From the IMG/VR virus record IMGVR_UViG_3300026413_000011, positions 62,001 through 125,376 of that record: a stretch of 63,376 nt of DNA; one strand, given 5' to 3'. This DNA comes from an uncultured virus (IMG/VR IMGVR_UViG_3300026413_000011) (taxonomy: Duplodnaviria; Heunggongvirae; Uroviricota; Caudoviricetes). Below, in pieces: positions 20,001 through 29,217 of the stretch. Within the stretch, counting starts at the first letter, position 1. The number at the start of each line of letters is the position of its first letter. The translations under genes and the position numbers were made by a program. The notes under the pieces were generated by a model. It saw nothing but the letters and a program-made list of their open reading frames with translations, had not been told where the DNA came from and did no database searches.

Positions 20001-21770
20001 TTATTTCCCGAAGGACTTAATCCAACGATCAATCAACGGGTTCTGAGTTGCCTTGAATTTCAGGAACGTCAGGAACAGTTCTTCCAACCGTGGATGTTCA
20101 CGAACAACCATGCAACCACCACGAGTTACCTCGACGTATTCTTTAGCATCAATGACAATGGATGGATCACCCAATACCTCAGCGAGAGATGGCAGTCGAC
20201 GGACATCTTGGAATGCAGTCCAGGCATCCTCTACGTGAGCGTAGATCTCTTTTGGAATACTGCCCTGGGCAATATGGAACAAGGTGAATGGACCTTCATG
20301 GTGACGGAGTTCAATCTTCTCACCATCACCAAACTTGTTCAGCCAACGTACGTTGTTGCAGTAGATCTCATCAGCGTATTCCAATGCCGACTCGATGCTA
20401 CCGAGAACTTTACGGAAAGCTTCCAAACTACCAGCATGTACAATCAGCCAACCTTCACCCAAGACCTGTTCTACATCGAACTCAGGATCATCGATGTCAA
20501 CGTGCATCAAGGCTACAGTTACACCTTCATCTACGTTACGTTTGAACAGGTAAGCATTGCGACGAGAACTCGGGTCACTCAGCAGGTGAACTGGTTTCTG
20601 CATTACCAGACCCGCCGGTTCATCAGAACCATCATCGGGTTGGTCAACCTGTGCACGAGCTTGTTTGTGGATGCAATCGGTCAGATACTGATCGACCTTG
20701 TATTCCACTTCGAGGTTAGCCTCTGGGTAATGACCACGGAAGTATTCGATGGTGGACACTGGATCCGGATCGTTGTCATCCAGCTTCAGACGCATGGTCA
20801 TCCGTGGACGTTCTTGGACAGCGCAACCGAACGGTTCACGTGGAGAGTCATCGATACCATCGCAGTCTTCACCAAGATCCGGTTGATCAAAGCCGTAATC
20901 AGGTTCGCACTCATCTACGGCTTCTTCGCCATCACCAACCATGTCAGTGTGGTAACGAGATTCAACACCAGTGATAAGCACATGGGTTTTCTTATCAGAT
21001 GGCAGTGGACCGATTTCTGATGGTTCCAGGGTAGTATCGGCAATGTTCATCTCATGGGTGAAACCACCACCGATCAAGAACAGTGGTAGACGCTGTGCCA
21101 ATGCCTCTGCACCAGAGTTTGGTTGGAAACCAGTTACGGTGATATGAATCACATTGTCTGGAATTTCTTCTACTTGTGCAACACTGGTATCTTTGATTCC
21201 CTCGTTAGGAACATACCGTGGCGTTATGTGGCGGAAAGAAATAATGTCTTTGTACTCTTTCATCTGAGTGACATCGACTTTGAATACGTGTTGCATGATA
21301 CGTGCAGCAGCTTTGTTTCCCGCCTGACGACTGACGCCAAGTTCGTCTACGATGGCCATTGCCAGGTTAGATTGCCAGCTCCATGCGTAACTAGGATCAG
21401 CTTGCAAGGCATCTGCCAGCGTAGACATTGCACCTGCGATATCATGCTCTGGCGCAGTAGTAGCTTCACCCATTTCTTCTTCGGTGCACTCAGCGACATC
21501 GCGGGACATCTCATAAGGCCCGTCGATACGGAAACTGAAGTCGTCTTTGATATAGACATCCAAGAACCAGTCTTTGTCCTTGAAGTCACTGATGTAGATC
21601 CGGTGGGTATTAGCAGCTACTACTTGTGTAGCGGCACTGTAGTTCAGTGGAGTAGCTTGCAGGAAGCGTGCAACCAACAGACCGAAGTTGTCGGGCAGTC
21701 GAGCCATACCACACGATACTTCGGTGATGGCGTAAGTAAGCGTTGAAATCAATTCAGCAGAGTTAGACAT
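20001..21770 (-). CDS. large multi-domain hypothetical protein
   Basis: 589-aa ORF, AGGT SD, acidic linkers. Confidence 0.8.
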   Translation of the reverse strand: MSNSAELISTLTYAITEVSCGMARLPDNFGLLVARFLQATPLNYSAATQVVAANTHRIYISDFKDKDWFLDVYIKDDFSFRIDGPYEMSRDVAECTEEEMGEATTAPEHDIAGAMSTLADALQADPSYAWSWQSNLAMAIVDELGVSRQAGNKAAARIMQHVFKVDVTQMKEYKDIISFRHITPRYVPNEGIKDTSVAQVEEIPDNVIHITVTGFQPNSGAEALAQRLPLFLIGGGFTHEMNIADTTLEPSEIGPLPSDKKTHVLITGVESRYHTDMVGDGEEAVDECEPDYGFDQPDLGEDCDGIDDSPREPFGCAVQERPRMTMRLKLDDNDPDPVSTIEYFRGHYPEANLEVEYKVDQYLTDCIHKQARAQVDQPDDGSDEPAGLVMQKPVHLLSDPSSRRNAYLFKRNVDEGVTVALMHVDIDDPEFDVEQVLGEGWLIVHAGSLEAFRKVLGSIESALEYADEIYCNNVRWLNKFGDGEKIELRHHEGPFTLFHIAQGSIPKEIYAHVEDAWTAFQDVRRLPSLAEVLGDPSIVIDAKEYVEVTRGGCMVVREHPRLEELFLTFLKFKATQNPLIDRWIKSFGK

Positions 21771-21779
21771 GTTGTGACC

Positions 21780-22193
21780 TTAGAGAGCTTGATAGGAACC
21801 GTCGGACATCTTCACCACACCCATGGTAGTGTTCGGTTCGATCGGTTGTTCTGTTTGTTTGGAGACCATTACTTTCTCGCCATCTTTCAGACGAGCTAGT
21901 ACCGTGCAGTTGTAGATCTTGTTGCCAGAGGCACCATATGCGGCACCTCCCAGACCACCAGCGATAGCACCTAAGGTACGTCCCTTCTTACCGAAGATAC
22001 TACCTACCAGTGCACCCCCAGCACCACCCAGGGCGCCTCCTACGAGGCCACCCGAGAGGGATTCATTCTTACCCACTTGTACGCAGTTAGCGTTTTCTAC
22101 CCAAGCGGAATGTTGCTCTACTACACTAGCGGCGTAGGCAGGTGAACAGCCAACCATCACGAGGGCTAATGCACCTACGAGAAACTTTTTCAT
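21780..22193 (-). CDS. glycine-zipper 2TM protein, possible lipoprotein
   Basis: signal peptide with VMVGC lipobox-like site; GGLVGGALGGAGGALVG...GAIAGGLGGAAYG. Confidence 0.75.
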   Translation of the reverse strand: MKKFLVGALALVMVGCSPAYAASVVEQHSAWVENANCVQVGKNESLSGGLVGGALGGAGGALVGSIFGKKGRTLGAIAGGLGGAAYGASGNKIYNCTVLARLKDGEKVMVSKQTEQPIEPNTTMGVVKMSDGSYQAL

Positions 22194-23158
22194 TCTTGTG
22201 GTTCCAGTTTACGAGTTGAACGGAGACGAGTTTTGCATCCACTGTACGCTTCTTCGACGTACACAGTAATACGTTCGTCAGTAGTTTCCACACGGACAGT
22301 GAACGTGAACTTTTCCCCAAAGACAGCGCCGAGCCAAGCATGGATGTCTATACGGATCTGCTCAGCAATACCTTCTTCGTCGAGACGATCCTCGAGCTCC
22401 AAATGGATATCACTGAGTTTGTCTTGCGTACGTTTAACGATTTCAACAATCGCTTGTACTTTGGTCAGACGTTCCTGTGCTTCGGTGGTATCTTTGATAT
22501 TCAGTTCGAAACACTCACCGCGTTTTTCACCTTCAACTTCGAGGATGAATGGTGGGAGCGTTACAGGTGCATCTTCTACGTATGGAGTGGATTTGATTTC
22601 CACGGTAACCTCTTGTCCGTCTGCTGGATCTTCGATTTGAATGGTGTAGCTGGTACTCAGTCCGATGTGTGCTGTAATGGACACTTCGAAACCTTCACGA
22701 CTGTAGTAGTCTTCCAGTCGCCCTGCGATCCGTTCTTCCAGTTGGTTAAGGAACTCGGAAGTAGAGAGGGACGAATTCCCACTCAGTTCACGGAATTCAG
22801 TTACAGCGTATTGTTGAGCGCGTTCTTGGAATTGCACGATGAGTGGTGCCTCTCTTTGGATGTGTTTGTATTCGCCATCTTTGTAACGGATCAATGTCTC
22901 GTAATAGAAGGCGCGGCCATTTTGTTGGATTGTAGTTGTGACGTAATGATCCCAAACACCGAGCTCATGTAGATCATAATAAGTTCGGTAATCGGTAGAG
23001 ATCTCTGCGTGTGGGTAAGCCTCACGAATGACCTCATTAGTACGTCCGATGATGTACACTGCGATTTGTTGTTGGGTGAGATAACATAGTCCAGCTACCT
23101 CACTCACGAACCGCAAGGCGGCTGCATCGACAGCCGCACAATACTTGATGTAGTCCAT
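22190..23158 (-). CDS. hypothetical protein
   Basis: 322-aa ORF starting right after the rtcB stop. Confidence 0.75.
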   Translation of the reverse strand: MDYIKYCAAVDAAALRFVSEVAGLCYLTQQQIAVYIIGRTNEVIREAYPHAEISTDYRTYYDLHELGVWDHYVTTTIQQNGRAFYYETLIRYKDGEYKHIQREAPLIVQFQERAQQYAVTEFRELSGNSSLSTSEFLNQLEERIAGRLEDYYSREGFEVSITAHIGLSTSYTIQIEDPADGQEVTVEIKSTPYVEDAPVTLPPFILEVEGEKRGECFELNIKDTTEAQERLTKVQAIVEIVKRTQDKLSDIHLELEDRLDEEGIAEQIRIDIHAWLGAVFGEKFTFTVRVETTDERITVYVEEAYSGCKTRLRSTRKLEPQE

Positions 23159-23159
23159 G

Positions 23160-24422
23160 TCACCCCTTTACACAAAGGAACTGTTTGAGCGTATGAACGA
23201 TTTCTACCAGTTCTTCTTGTGCAGCCATTACGTCTTCGATGTTCTTGTATGCCTTTGGAGTTTCATCGATCACGTCGATATCCTTACGGCATTCTACACC
23301 CGCGGTATCACGGATGTGATCTTCGAGCGTAAAGGTTTTAGCTGCTTGGGTACGAGACATCACTCGACCTGCGCCATGCGAACACGAGCAGAACGAATCA
23401 CGGTTACCCTTACCACGAACGATAAAGGACTTTGCACCCATCGACCCAGGGATAATACCCAACACCCCTTGAGAAGCGTTTACGGCACCCTTACGAGTAA
23501 CGAGTACGTTGTTACCCATGTGTCGTTCTTCCGACACGTAGTTGTGGTGACAGTTGATCGCACCCATATCTGAATCGATCGGCAGACCCAGTACGTTGTG
23601 GATTGCACCCAAGGTGGCATGCATCATCAAAGAACGGTTCAGTGCAGCAAACCGTTGTGCCCACGATACAGCACCAATGTAGTCTTGGTAATACTTCGAG
23701 CCTTCTGGCAAGTAAGCGAGGTCACCATCTGGCAGATGGATGAAGAAACGTTGCATCTCTTCTTTTGCCTTGGCGATGAAGTAAGTGCCGATTGCGTTAC
23801 CAATACCACGCGAACCAGAATGCAGCATTACCCACACTTGATCAGTTTCATCCAGACACAGTTCGATGAAGTGGTTACCAGTACCGAGAGTACCTACGTG
23901 ATTCCATGCACGCTGTGCTGCTTTAGCCAACTTAGGATGTTTCTCACAGATCCAATCCAGTTGCTTACGAAGTTCGAATGCTTCGTCACGAATAGCTTTG
24001 ACTGGGTGATCGAATACCTTTACAGTACCGAAAGCACCACGGTCATTCTTACCGCCGTTATCAGTACGGCCATGTGGAACGGCTGCTTCGATAGCTGCAC
24101 GCAGATGACCCAAGGACTCTGGTAGTGCGGTCGACTTAAAGGTCAAACGTTGTGCCGCCATTCCACAGCCGATGTCAACACCTACAGCTGCTGGAATGAT
24201 TGCACCTTTGGTGGCAACCACAGAACCTACCGTTGCACCTTTACCCAGATGTACATCGGGCATCACAGCAATGTGGGAATAGATGAACGGTAGCGATGCA
24301 ATGTTCTTGAGTTGCTTAACCGCATCGGGTTCAACTGGAACACCAACGGTCCAGCCTTTGATTGGCTTGGAACCTGGAGCTGGTTCACCGCCGATGATTT
24401 CGAATGTACGTGTCTGTTTCAT
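23160..24422 (-). CDS. rtcB: RtcB RNA 3'-phosphate/5'-OH ligase
   Basis: MPDVHLGKGATVG, VGVDIGCG, GTLGTGNHFIE, LHSGSRG, HHNY, IPGSMG, SCSHGAGR, DETPKAYK motifs. Confidence 0.95.
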   Translation of the reverse strand: MKQTRTFEIIGGEPAPGSKPIKGWTVGVPVEPDAVKQLKNIASLPFIYSHIAVMPDVHLGKGATVGSVVATKGAIIPAAVGVDIGCGMAAQRLTFKSTALPESLGHLRAAIEAAVPHGRTDNGGKNDRGAFGTVKVFDHPVKAIRDEAFELRKQLDWICEKHPKLAKAAQRAWNHVGTLGTGNHFIELCLDETDQVWVMLHSGSRGIGNAIGTYFIAKAKEEMQRFFIHLPDGDLAYLPEGSKYYQDYIGAVSWAQRFAALNRSLMMHATLGAIHNVLGLPIDSDMGAINCHHNYVSEERHMGNNVLVTRKGAVNASQGVLGIIPGSMGAKSFIVRGKGNRDSFCSCSHGAGRVMSRTQAAKTFTLEDHIRDTAGVECRKDIDVIDETPKAYKNIEDVMAAQEELVEIVHTLKQFLCVKG

Positions 24423-24447
24423 ATAGCTCTCGCGGATGGAATAGAGT

Positions 24448-24795
24448 TTAAAGGGTATTGCGTTTAGACAAACCAAAACTAAGGACGTAACGAGTACCTT
24501 TAGTTACTTGGCTTACGCTGTGAGTGTGTAGATCAGGACGGAACAATGTGAAGAAGCGATTGCTTATGATCACATCATCGTGTTCTGGTACACCACCTGC
24601 TTGTGCATTCCACAAGTAGATGTTTAATCTGTAGTGACTGTGATCTGGCAATGGATCACGATGCCGTGGTATCCCTGCACCTACCCGATATCGCAATAAG
24701 TAGAGATCCCATTTGAAACGACTGAAGTACCGCCAACGGTTTATCAACTTCAGTTTTTCGTAACCTGTTCCTTGACGCCCAAGTTCCCATTTCAT
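24448..24795 (-). CDS. 2OG-Fe(II) dioxygenase-fold protein
   Basis: HRD...HSV...GTRYVLS: HxD/H/R facial-triad pattern. Confidence 0.75.
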   Translation of the reverse strand: MKWELGRQGTGYEKLKLINRWRYFSRFKWDLYLLRYRVGAGIPRHRDPLPDHSHYRLNIYLWNAQAGGVPEHDDVIISNRFFTLFRPDLHTHSVSQVTKGTRYVLSFGLSKRNTL

Positions 24796-24861
24796 TGCGA
24801 TACCTCGCGTAAGAATTGAGATTGCGAAATAAAGGAGGCCGAAGCCTCCCCTACAACTAGA

Positions 24862-25218
24862 CTAACGGTTGGCCAAGTAAGTTTGTAAGTCTTCATGGTA
24901 ATCACCTCGGTCGTAAGTACTCGCCTGTCCTTTTAACAAGAACTCCAGCGTGACTTCTTCCGGCTCCCACTGATCTTCGAGGCCCATGCATGAACAATGA
25001 GATCCGAAGACTTCGTAGTACTTACCATCTTTGACGAATAGCACGTATGCTTTACCGCAGTAGTTACTATAATCATCGTGGTAATAAGCGTGAACAATGT
25101 CACAGCCAGCGATTACCGACTCGTCGATTCGAAAATCTTCGAGCATTTGTTGAAGACCGTTTTCTTTCCAGGTTTCGTGAAACATGTTACTGATTCCATT
25201 GACAGGCGAAAATGCCAT
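24862..25218 (-). CDS. hypothetical phage protein
   Basis: AAGGA SD; GSHCSCMGLEDQWEPE motif; own promoter-like motif 25252-25280. Confidence 0.7.
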   Translation of the reverse strand: MAFSPVNGISNMFHETWKENGLQQMLEDFRIDESVIAGCDIVHAYYHDDYSNYCGKAYVLFVKDGKYYEVFGSHCSCMGLEDQWEPEEVTLEFLLKGQASTYDRGDYHEDLQTYLANR

Positions 25219-25319
25219 TGCATTTCCTTGTAGTTGTCAACGGTTAGTCCAGTATACTGTATCCTGACGAGTATTCTTTTAACGACATAAAGCCTTCCCC
25301 GCAGGGAAGACCGTATGCC

Positions 25320-25592
25320 ATATAGTAGAACCAGAGATTATCGTCTAACACACAGAGCGTCCTCCGTGTTAATAGATTGATAAGTCCAGTCACCGCATTG
25401 GGGTAGTTCGCAACTCAGTCTGTCCTCCCCATACGGGAGGCTCTGGCGACGGATGCTCACGGATATCCAACACGACTTACCCAGATTAATGAAGTCACTC
25501 TCTAATCCAGGCTGCGGTAAGGAGCTTGACAGACTCCGTTATTAGTGGCCTTCCGCCCGAACTGGTAAACCGCTAAGACCAGTTTATTTCAT
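25320..25592 (-). ncRNA. candidate ~270-nt multi-pseudoknotted non-coding RNA
   Basis: no ORF; promoter-like motif 25591-25618 and terminator at about 25284-25311; four crossing long-range helices plus local hairpins. Confidence 0.6.
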
Positions 25593-25612
25593 AACATTAC
25601 ACTCCTAGTATT

Positions 25613-26515
25613 TTATTTCAGGAATGTACCGCATGAAGCTTTTACATCTGTGCCCACCCGAGGGATCACTTTAACCTTTCCTACGTTAGGGAAGTTTCGA
25701 ATTACATCCGCTAGGAAGTAGATGTATTCTTCTGGTGGTTCTTTTGAGTCATGTCCTTCCGGCGGGTTGTAACGTACGATGTTCCAGTTCACAGTGAGAC
25801 CGTAGGCATAGACCATGTTACAGCAGTCGAGTACATTGTCTACAGAGTCATTTTCTCCATCGATAAAGGCGTAATGAATCTTGGGGATTTTGCCTGTTTG
25901 CTCTTGCCATTGTCGGAGCATACGCAAGGCATTGTTACACGGTATTGCTTTTGGCAACCAACGCTTACGGAACTTCACCTCTGTGGAATACATTGAGTAG
26001 TAAAGTTCAGGATACACGCTGGGGTCTTTGAAGATATCTGTCAGGGCTAAGTCACCCATCTCCTTAGGCATGATCGTAGAGATCAAAAACTTAGGTGTCA
26101 ATGCCCATTTCTTTGCGAGGTCCCGCAGGCGGCCCAAGATCTCATCGGCATTCTCCAAGAAGATCTTATTAGCCAATGGTTCACCACGGGCCATGAAGTT
26201 GAAGTGGACCTTATTAGCAAACTTACCGGTGTAAGACAGCCGTCGTCCGTAGTGTTCCATTACTCGTTCGGCTTGTTGCAGATATTCGTCCACAGTAACG
26301 TCACGAGATTTGTTCTGTCCTGTTTGAGTCAACCAACACATACGACAGGCTTGTTCACATCCAGTCTGAGAAGACAGGTAAACGATGAAGTAATCGTCAG
26401 TCCGTTGGACATACCGCGCTTCCAACATACCTGGTCCATCTTCCAAACGATGTTCGAAGTTTACTGACCGATCAAGTTCAGACCAATGTTCGCGGAAGAT
26501 CAATTTATTTTCCAT
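25613..26515 (-). CDS. RlmN/Cfr-like radical SAM RNA methyltransferase
   Basis: SSQTGCEQACRMC (CxxxCxxC), FMARGEPL, C-terminal ASCG. Confidence 0.85.
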   Translation of the reverse strand: MENKLIFREHWSELDRSVNFEHRLEDGPGMLEARYVQRTDDYFIVYLSSQTGCEQACRMCWLTQTGQNKSRDVTVDEYLQQAERVMEHYGRRLSYTGKFANKVHFNFMARGEPLANKIFLENADEILGRLRDLAKKWALTPKFLISTIMPKEMGDLALTDIFKDPSVYPELYYSMYSTEVKFRKRWLPKAIPCNNALRMLRQWQEQTGKIPKIHYAFIDGENDSVDNVLDCCNMVYAYGLTVNWNIVRYNPPEGHDSKEPPEEYIYFLADVIRNFPNVGKVKVIPRVGTDVKASCGTFLK

Positions 26516-26895
26516 TAGCCAATAGTCCCGATCTCGTAACCATTTAATAGCAGACGGAAATATCGACTGCGGCCAGCATCGCAGATCTCTACTGAAGGTA
26601 CTGGGTCAGCATAACTTTTGTTCGGCCCATGGAATTGCTTACGAACTTCATATAACTTGGATTCGATTACAGCCGCCATTTGGGCGTCAGTCCAAGTACA
26701 ATCTCCCAGCAGTGGTGTAAGCAATGGAGTTAGCCGAGAACCGTAAGCAACCACACATTCTTGGGTTGGAGGTGGCAAGGCTACCTGAACTACTTTAGTC
26801 TTTTGCGCTGCTACTAATCGTTGTGTTATTTCACGATGTTGTTCCGCAGAGAGCAGGCGATTGTTAATACGGCGACGCAGTGTTTCTGGAGTCAT
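26515..26895 (-). CDS. hypothetical protein
   Basis: AGGA SD, TAATG coupling to the radical SAM gene. Confidence 0.65.
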   Translation of the reverse strand: MTPETLRRRINNRLLSAEQHREITQRLVAAQKTKVVQVALPPPTQECVVAYGSRLTPLLTPLLGDCTWTDAQMAAVIESKLYEVRKQFHGPNKSYADPVPSVEICDAGRSRYFRLLLNGYEIGTIG

Positions 26896-26974
26896 TGGAA
26901 ATTCCTATTGGTAATTGAAGGCATAAAAGTCACCCCTAAGGATGACCTAATGCGAAGGGACCCTAAGGTCAATA

Positions 26975-27050
26975 TGGTGCCGCCACACGGATTCGAACCG
27001 GGGACCTGCTGATTACAAGTCAGCTGCTCTACCAACTGAGCTATAGCGGC
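26975..27050 (-). tRNA. tRNA-Thr(UGU)
   Basis: full cloverleaf, loop CT-TGT-AA, encoded CCA. Confidence 0.95.
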
Positions 27051-27051
27051 T

Positions 27052-27137
27052 TGGAGCTGAGAGAGGGATTCGAACCCCCGAGATCTTTCGATGCAGGATT
27101 TGCAATCCCGTGCATTCAACCACTCTGCCATCTCAGC
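27052..27137 (-). tRNA. tRNA-Cys(GCA) with long variable arm
   Basis: loop TT-GCA-AA, U73, CCA; 14-nt variable region with ATC-GAAA-GAT hairpin. Confidence 0.85.
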
Positions 27138-27145
27138 TTTGTAAC

Positions 27146-27235
27146 TGGCGGAAGCATAGAGATTCGAACTCTAGGACCCACTTAAGGGTCGCGGGTTTTC
27201 AAGGCCCGAGCCATTGACCACTCGGCCATACTTCC
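27146..27235 (-). tRNA. tRNA-Ser(UGA)
   Basis: long variable arm, loop CT-TGA-AA, G73, CCA. Confidence 0.93.
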
Positions 27236-27242
27236 TGGTAAT

Positions 27243-27327
<85 letters not shown>

Positions 27328-27330
27328 TCG

Positions 27331-27357
27331 TATATTATTATACTCGTAGTATTTTTT
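27331..27357 (-). promoter_or_regulatory. putative phage (middle-type) promoter for tRNA unit 1
   Basis: AAAATACT-N13-TATA; same motif precedes tRNA units 2 and 3. Confidence 0.65.
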
Positions 27358-27395
27358 CCCGACATCCTATAAGACTTAGCCTTAGGTATATTCTG

Positions 27396-28355
27396 ATGTT
27401 TGAACAATTATTATTTCCTGGGAAGCCCCCTAAGAAATTAGAGACTCGCGTAACGTTGGTTGGTGACCTATTACCCGGCAACTCTGGAGCTATGGCCATT
27501 GGCTGTAACGGTGGTATATACCTTGGAGGTGGTCGACTTCAGGATGGTAGTGGTGGTGCAATATCGACTTTCCGAAGATTTGATCTTACTACACGACAGT
27601 GGGTGAACTTAGCTAACTTACCAAATGGTCGGTCAGGTGGTACACTGTCTTACTGGAATGGAAAGATCTATCTATTCTCCGGTAATACGGTCAACTCATC
27701 GACCTATACCAAAGAGTTGCATGCTTACGACATTGCTACAGACACTTGGACTTCTCTTACCCCTACTCCGAACTTGGGACGTACTTACCATGGTGCAGTT
27801 GTATACCAAGGAGAGATCTATTTCTTTGGTGGCTGGAACGGTACTCAAGCTACACCGCAATTAAGGTTAGCCGATGTCTACACCATTTCAAATAATACTT
27901 GGCGTGTGATTGCACAATTGCCAGAATCCAGACATGGACACGCTATCGCAATTTCTGGTACTGGGGTTTATATTTTCGGTGGGTTGACTAACGGTGGATC
28001 TAAAACGAATAACGACATAATTCGTTATACCATCGGCGATAACGTATACAACGGATTTGTTGCTCCAGCCACACAACCTGCCATTCGATGCTATTCCTGT
28101 TTGCTTCCAGCTTATGGCAAGTTCTATGTGTTCGGCGGTTATACGGATGGTAACGCTACAGATTCCTTAGCTGACTTCTGGGAATACATCCCTGGACTAA
28201 ACAGTTGGCGTAATCTTACCCTTACTGGCGATACGCTAACCAAACGTGGTGGTTTCGCTTCAGCAGTTGAGAATGGAGAGTTCCACTTCTTCAACGGTTT
28301 AGGTAAGGCAGGTGATGCGTCTATGGTTCGTACCGATCACCTTTACATTGAATGA
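27396..28355 (+). CDS. Kelch-repeat beta-propeller protein, probably virion-associated
   Basis: six GG...Y/W kelch repeats; N-terminal MFEQLL tag. Confidence 0.85.
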   Translation: MFEQLLFPGKPPKKLETRVTLVGDLLPGNSGAMAIGCNGGIYLGGGRLQDGSGGAISTFRRFDLTTRQWVNLANLPNGRSGGTLSYWNGKIYLFSGNTVNSSTYTKELHAYDIATDTWTSLTPTPNLGRTYHGAVVYQGEIYFFGGWNGTQATPQLRLADVYTISNNTWRVIAQLPESRHGHAIAISGTGVYIFGGLTNGGSKTNNDIIRYTIGDNVYNGFVAPATQPAIRCYSCLLPAYGKFYVFGGYTDGNATDSLADFWEYIPGLNSWRNLTLTGDTLTKRGGFASAVENGEFHFFNGLGKAGDASMVRTDHLYIE

Positions 28356-28397
28356 TGTCATATTGGCTTCCCCTAGGGGAAGCCTTATGTCGTTCCA

Positions 28398-29015
28398 CTA
28401 GACCAATTCTAGCACTGGACGCCAACCTGTTGTAGCTGTGGCTGAACCAGTGCCGCCAGATGCCCACTCTGTTAATGACGCATATCCGCGATACGTACGG
28501 TTAGTACCGGATGGTATTTCCTGACACCACGACGTACGCCCGTTACCAACCCCTACCACCAGATCGGCGTTTGTGAACGCTTCCCAATTAGACCCTGTAG
28601 GATCACTAGCGTGTACACGGTAGATCAGGTCGTTCCATTCGCTCCCATTACCTGGCGATGCTGCACCACCCAACATCAAACGAACTTTATATAGACGACC
28701 TAAGAACGTAATTGTTTTAGCGCCGTTGATTAGATTCGCTGCTTCTAGTTGCGTTGGTGAGATGAAGTTACGGAATGGTTGCATAGCAACAAAGAGCACC
28801 TTTCCTTTATATGCAAACTTCAACCATGTCTCGTTGTTTGCAAGCGCTGTACCCGCCGTCAAGTTAACTTGGGTGGCTAAGTCAGTACTAGTAATGAATT
28901 CAGACGTTGGTACTTGTCCATAATAACCTAATGTACTGTCCCCATTACGTAGGGTTGCTGGCCCTGGTACATTTGACGGTGTCACCTGAGCACGCATTAA
29001 TAATGTTTCCATCAT
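28398..29015 (-). CDS. putative virion structural protein
   Basis: PGPATL..GDSTLGYYG, WLKFAYKGK.LF, GSEWNDLIY, GWRPVLELV motifs typical of jumbo-phage virion protein paralogs. Confidence 0.7.
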   Translation of the reverse strand: MMETLLMRAQVTPSNVPGPATLRNGDSTLGYYGQVPTSEFITSTDLATQVNLTAGTALANNETWLKFAYKGKVLFVAMQPFRNFISPTQLEAANLINGAKTITFLGRLYKVRLMLGGAASPGNGSEWNDLIYRVHASDPTGSNWEAFTNADLVVGVGNGRTSWCQEIPSGTNRTYRGYASLTEWASGGTGSATATTGWRPVLELV

Positions 29016-29020
29016 TTAAG

Positions 29021-29068
29021 TCACCAATTCCAAACTGTAGTTATACCTGCTAATAGTTGTTTGAACAT
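29021..29068 (-). pseudogene. 15-codon remnant of an MFEQLL-family gene
   Basis: GGAG SD + MFKQLLAGITTVWNW*; the 3' end reads LELVT* in another frame, like the C-terminus of the neighbour. Confidence 0.5.
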
Positions 29069-29132
29069 TCTATTATCTCCTAAACATAACATTGCGGCAT
29101 AAAGCTTCCCCTAGGGGAAGCACTATGTTGTT

Positions 29133-29217
29133 TGGTGCCGGAAGCGAGATTCGAACTCGCGATCCCGATGGGCGACGCATTTTAAGTGCGTTGTGTATTC
29201 CACTCCACCATTCCGGC
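29133..29217 (-). tRNA. tRNA-Leu(UAA)
   Basis: loop CT-TAA-AA, long variable arm, CCA. Confidence 0.93.

Noticed and set aside
19947..21020. 357-aa + strand ORF
   Set aside because: Antisense shadow of the 589-aa - strand gene; starts inside a terminator and has no SD
26892..27131. ORFs overlapping tRNAs (also 33319-33561, 33844-34041, 34017-34286)
   Set aside because: Chance frames across clear tRNA genes
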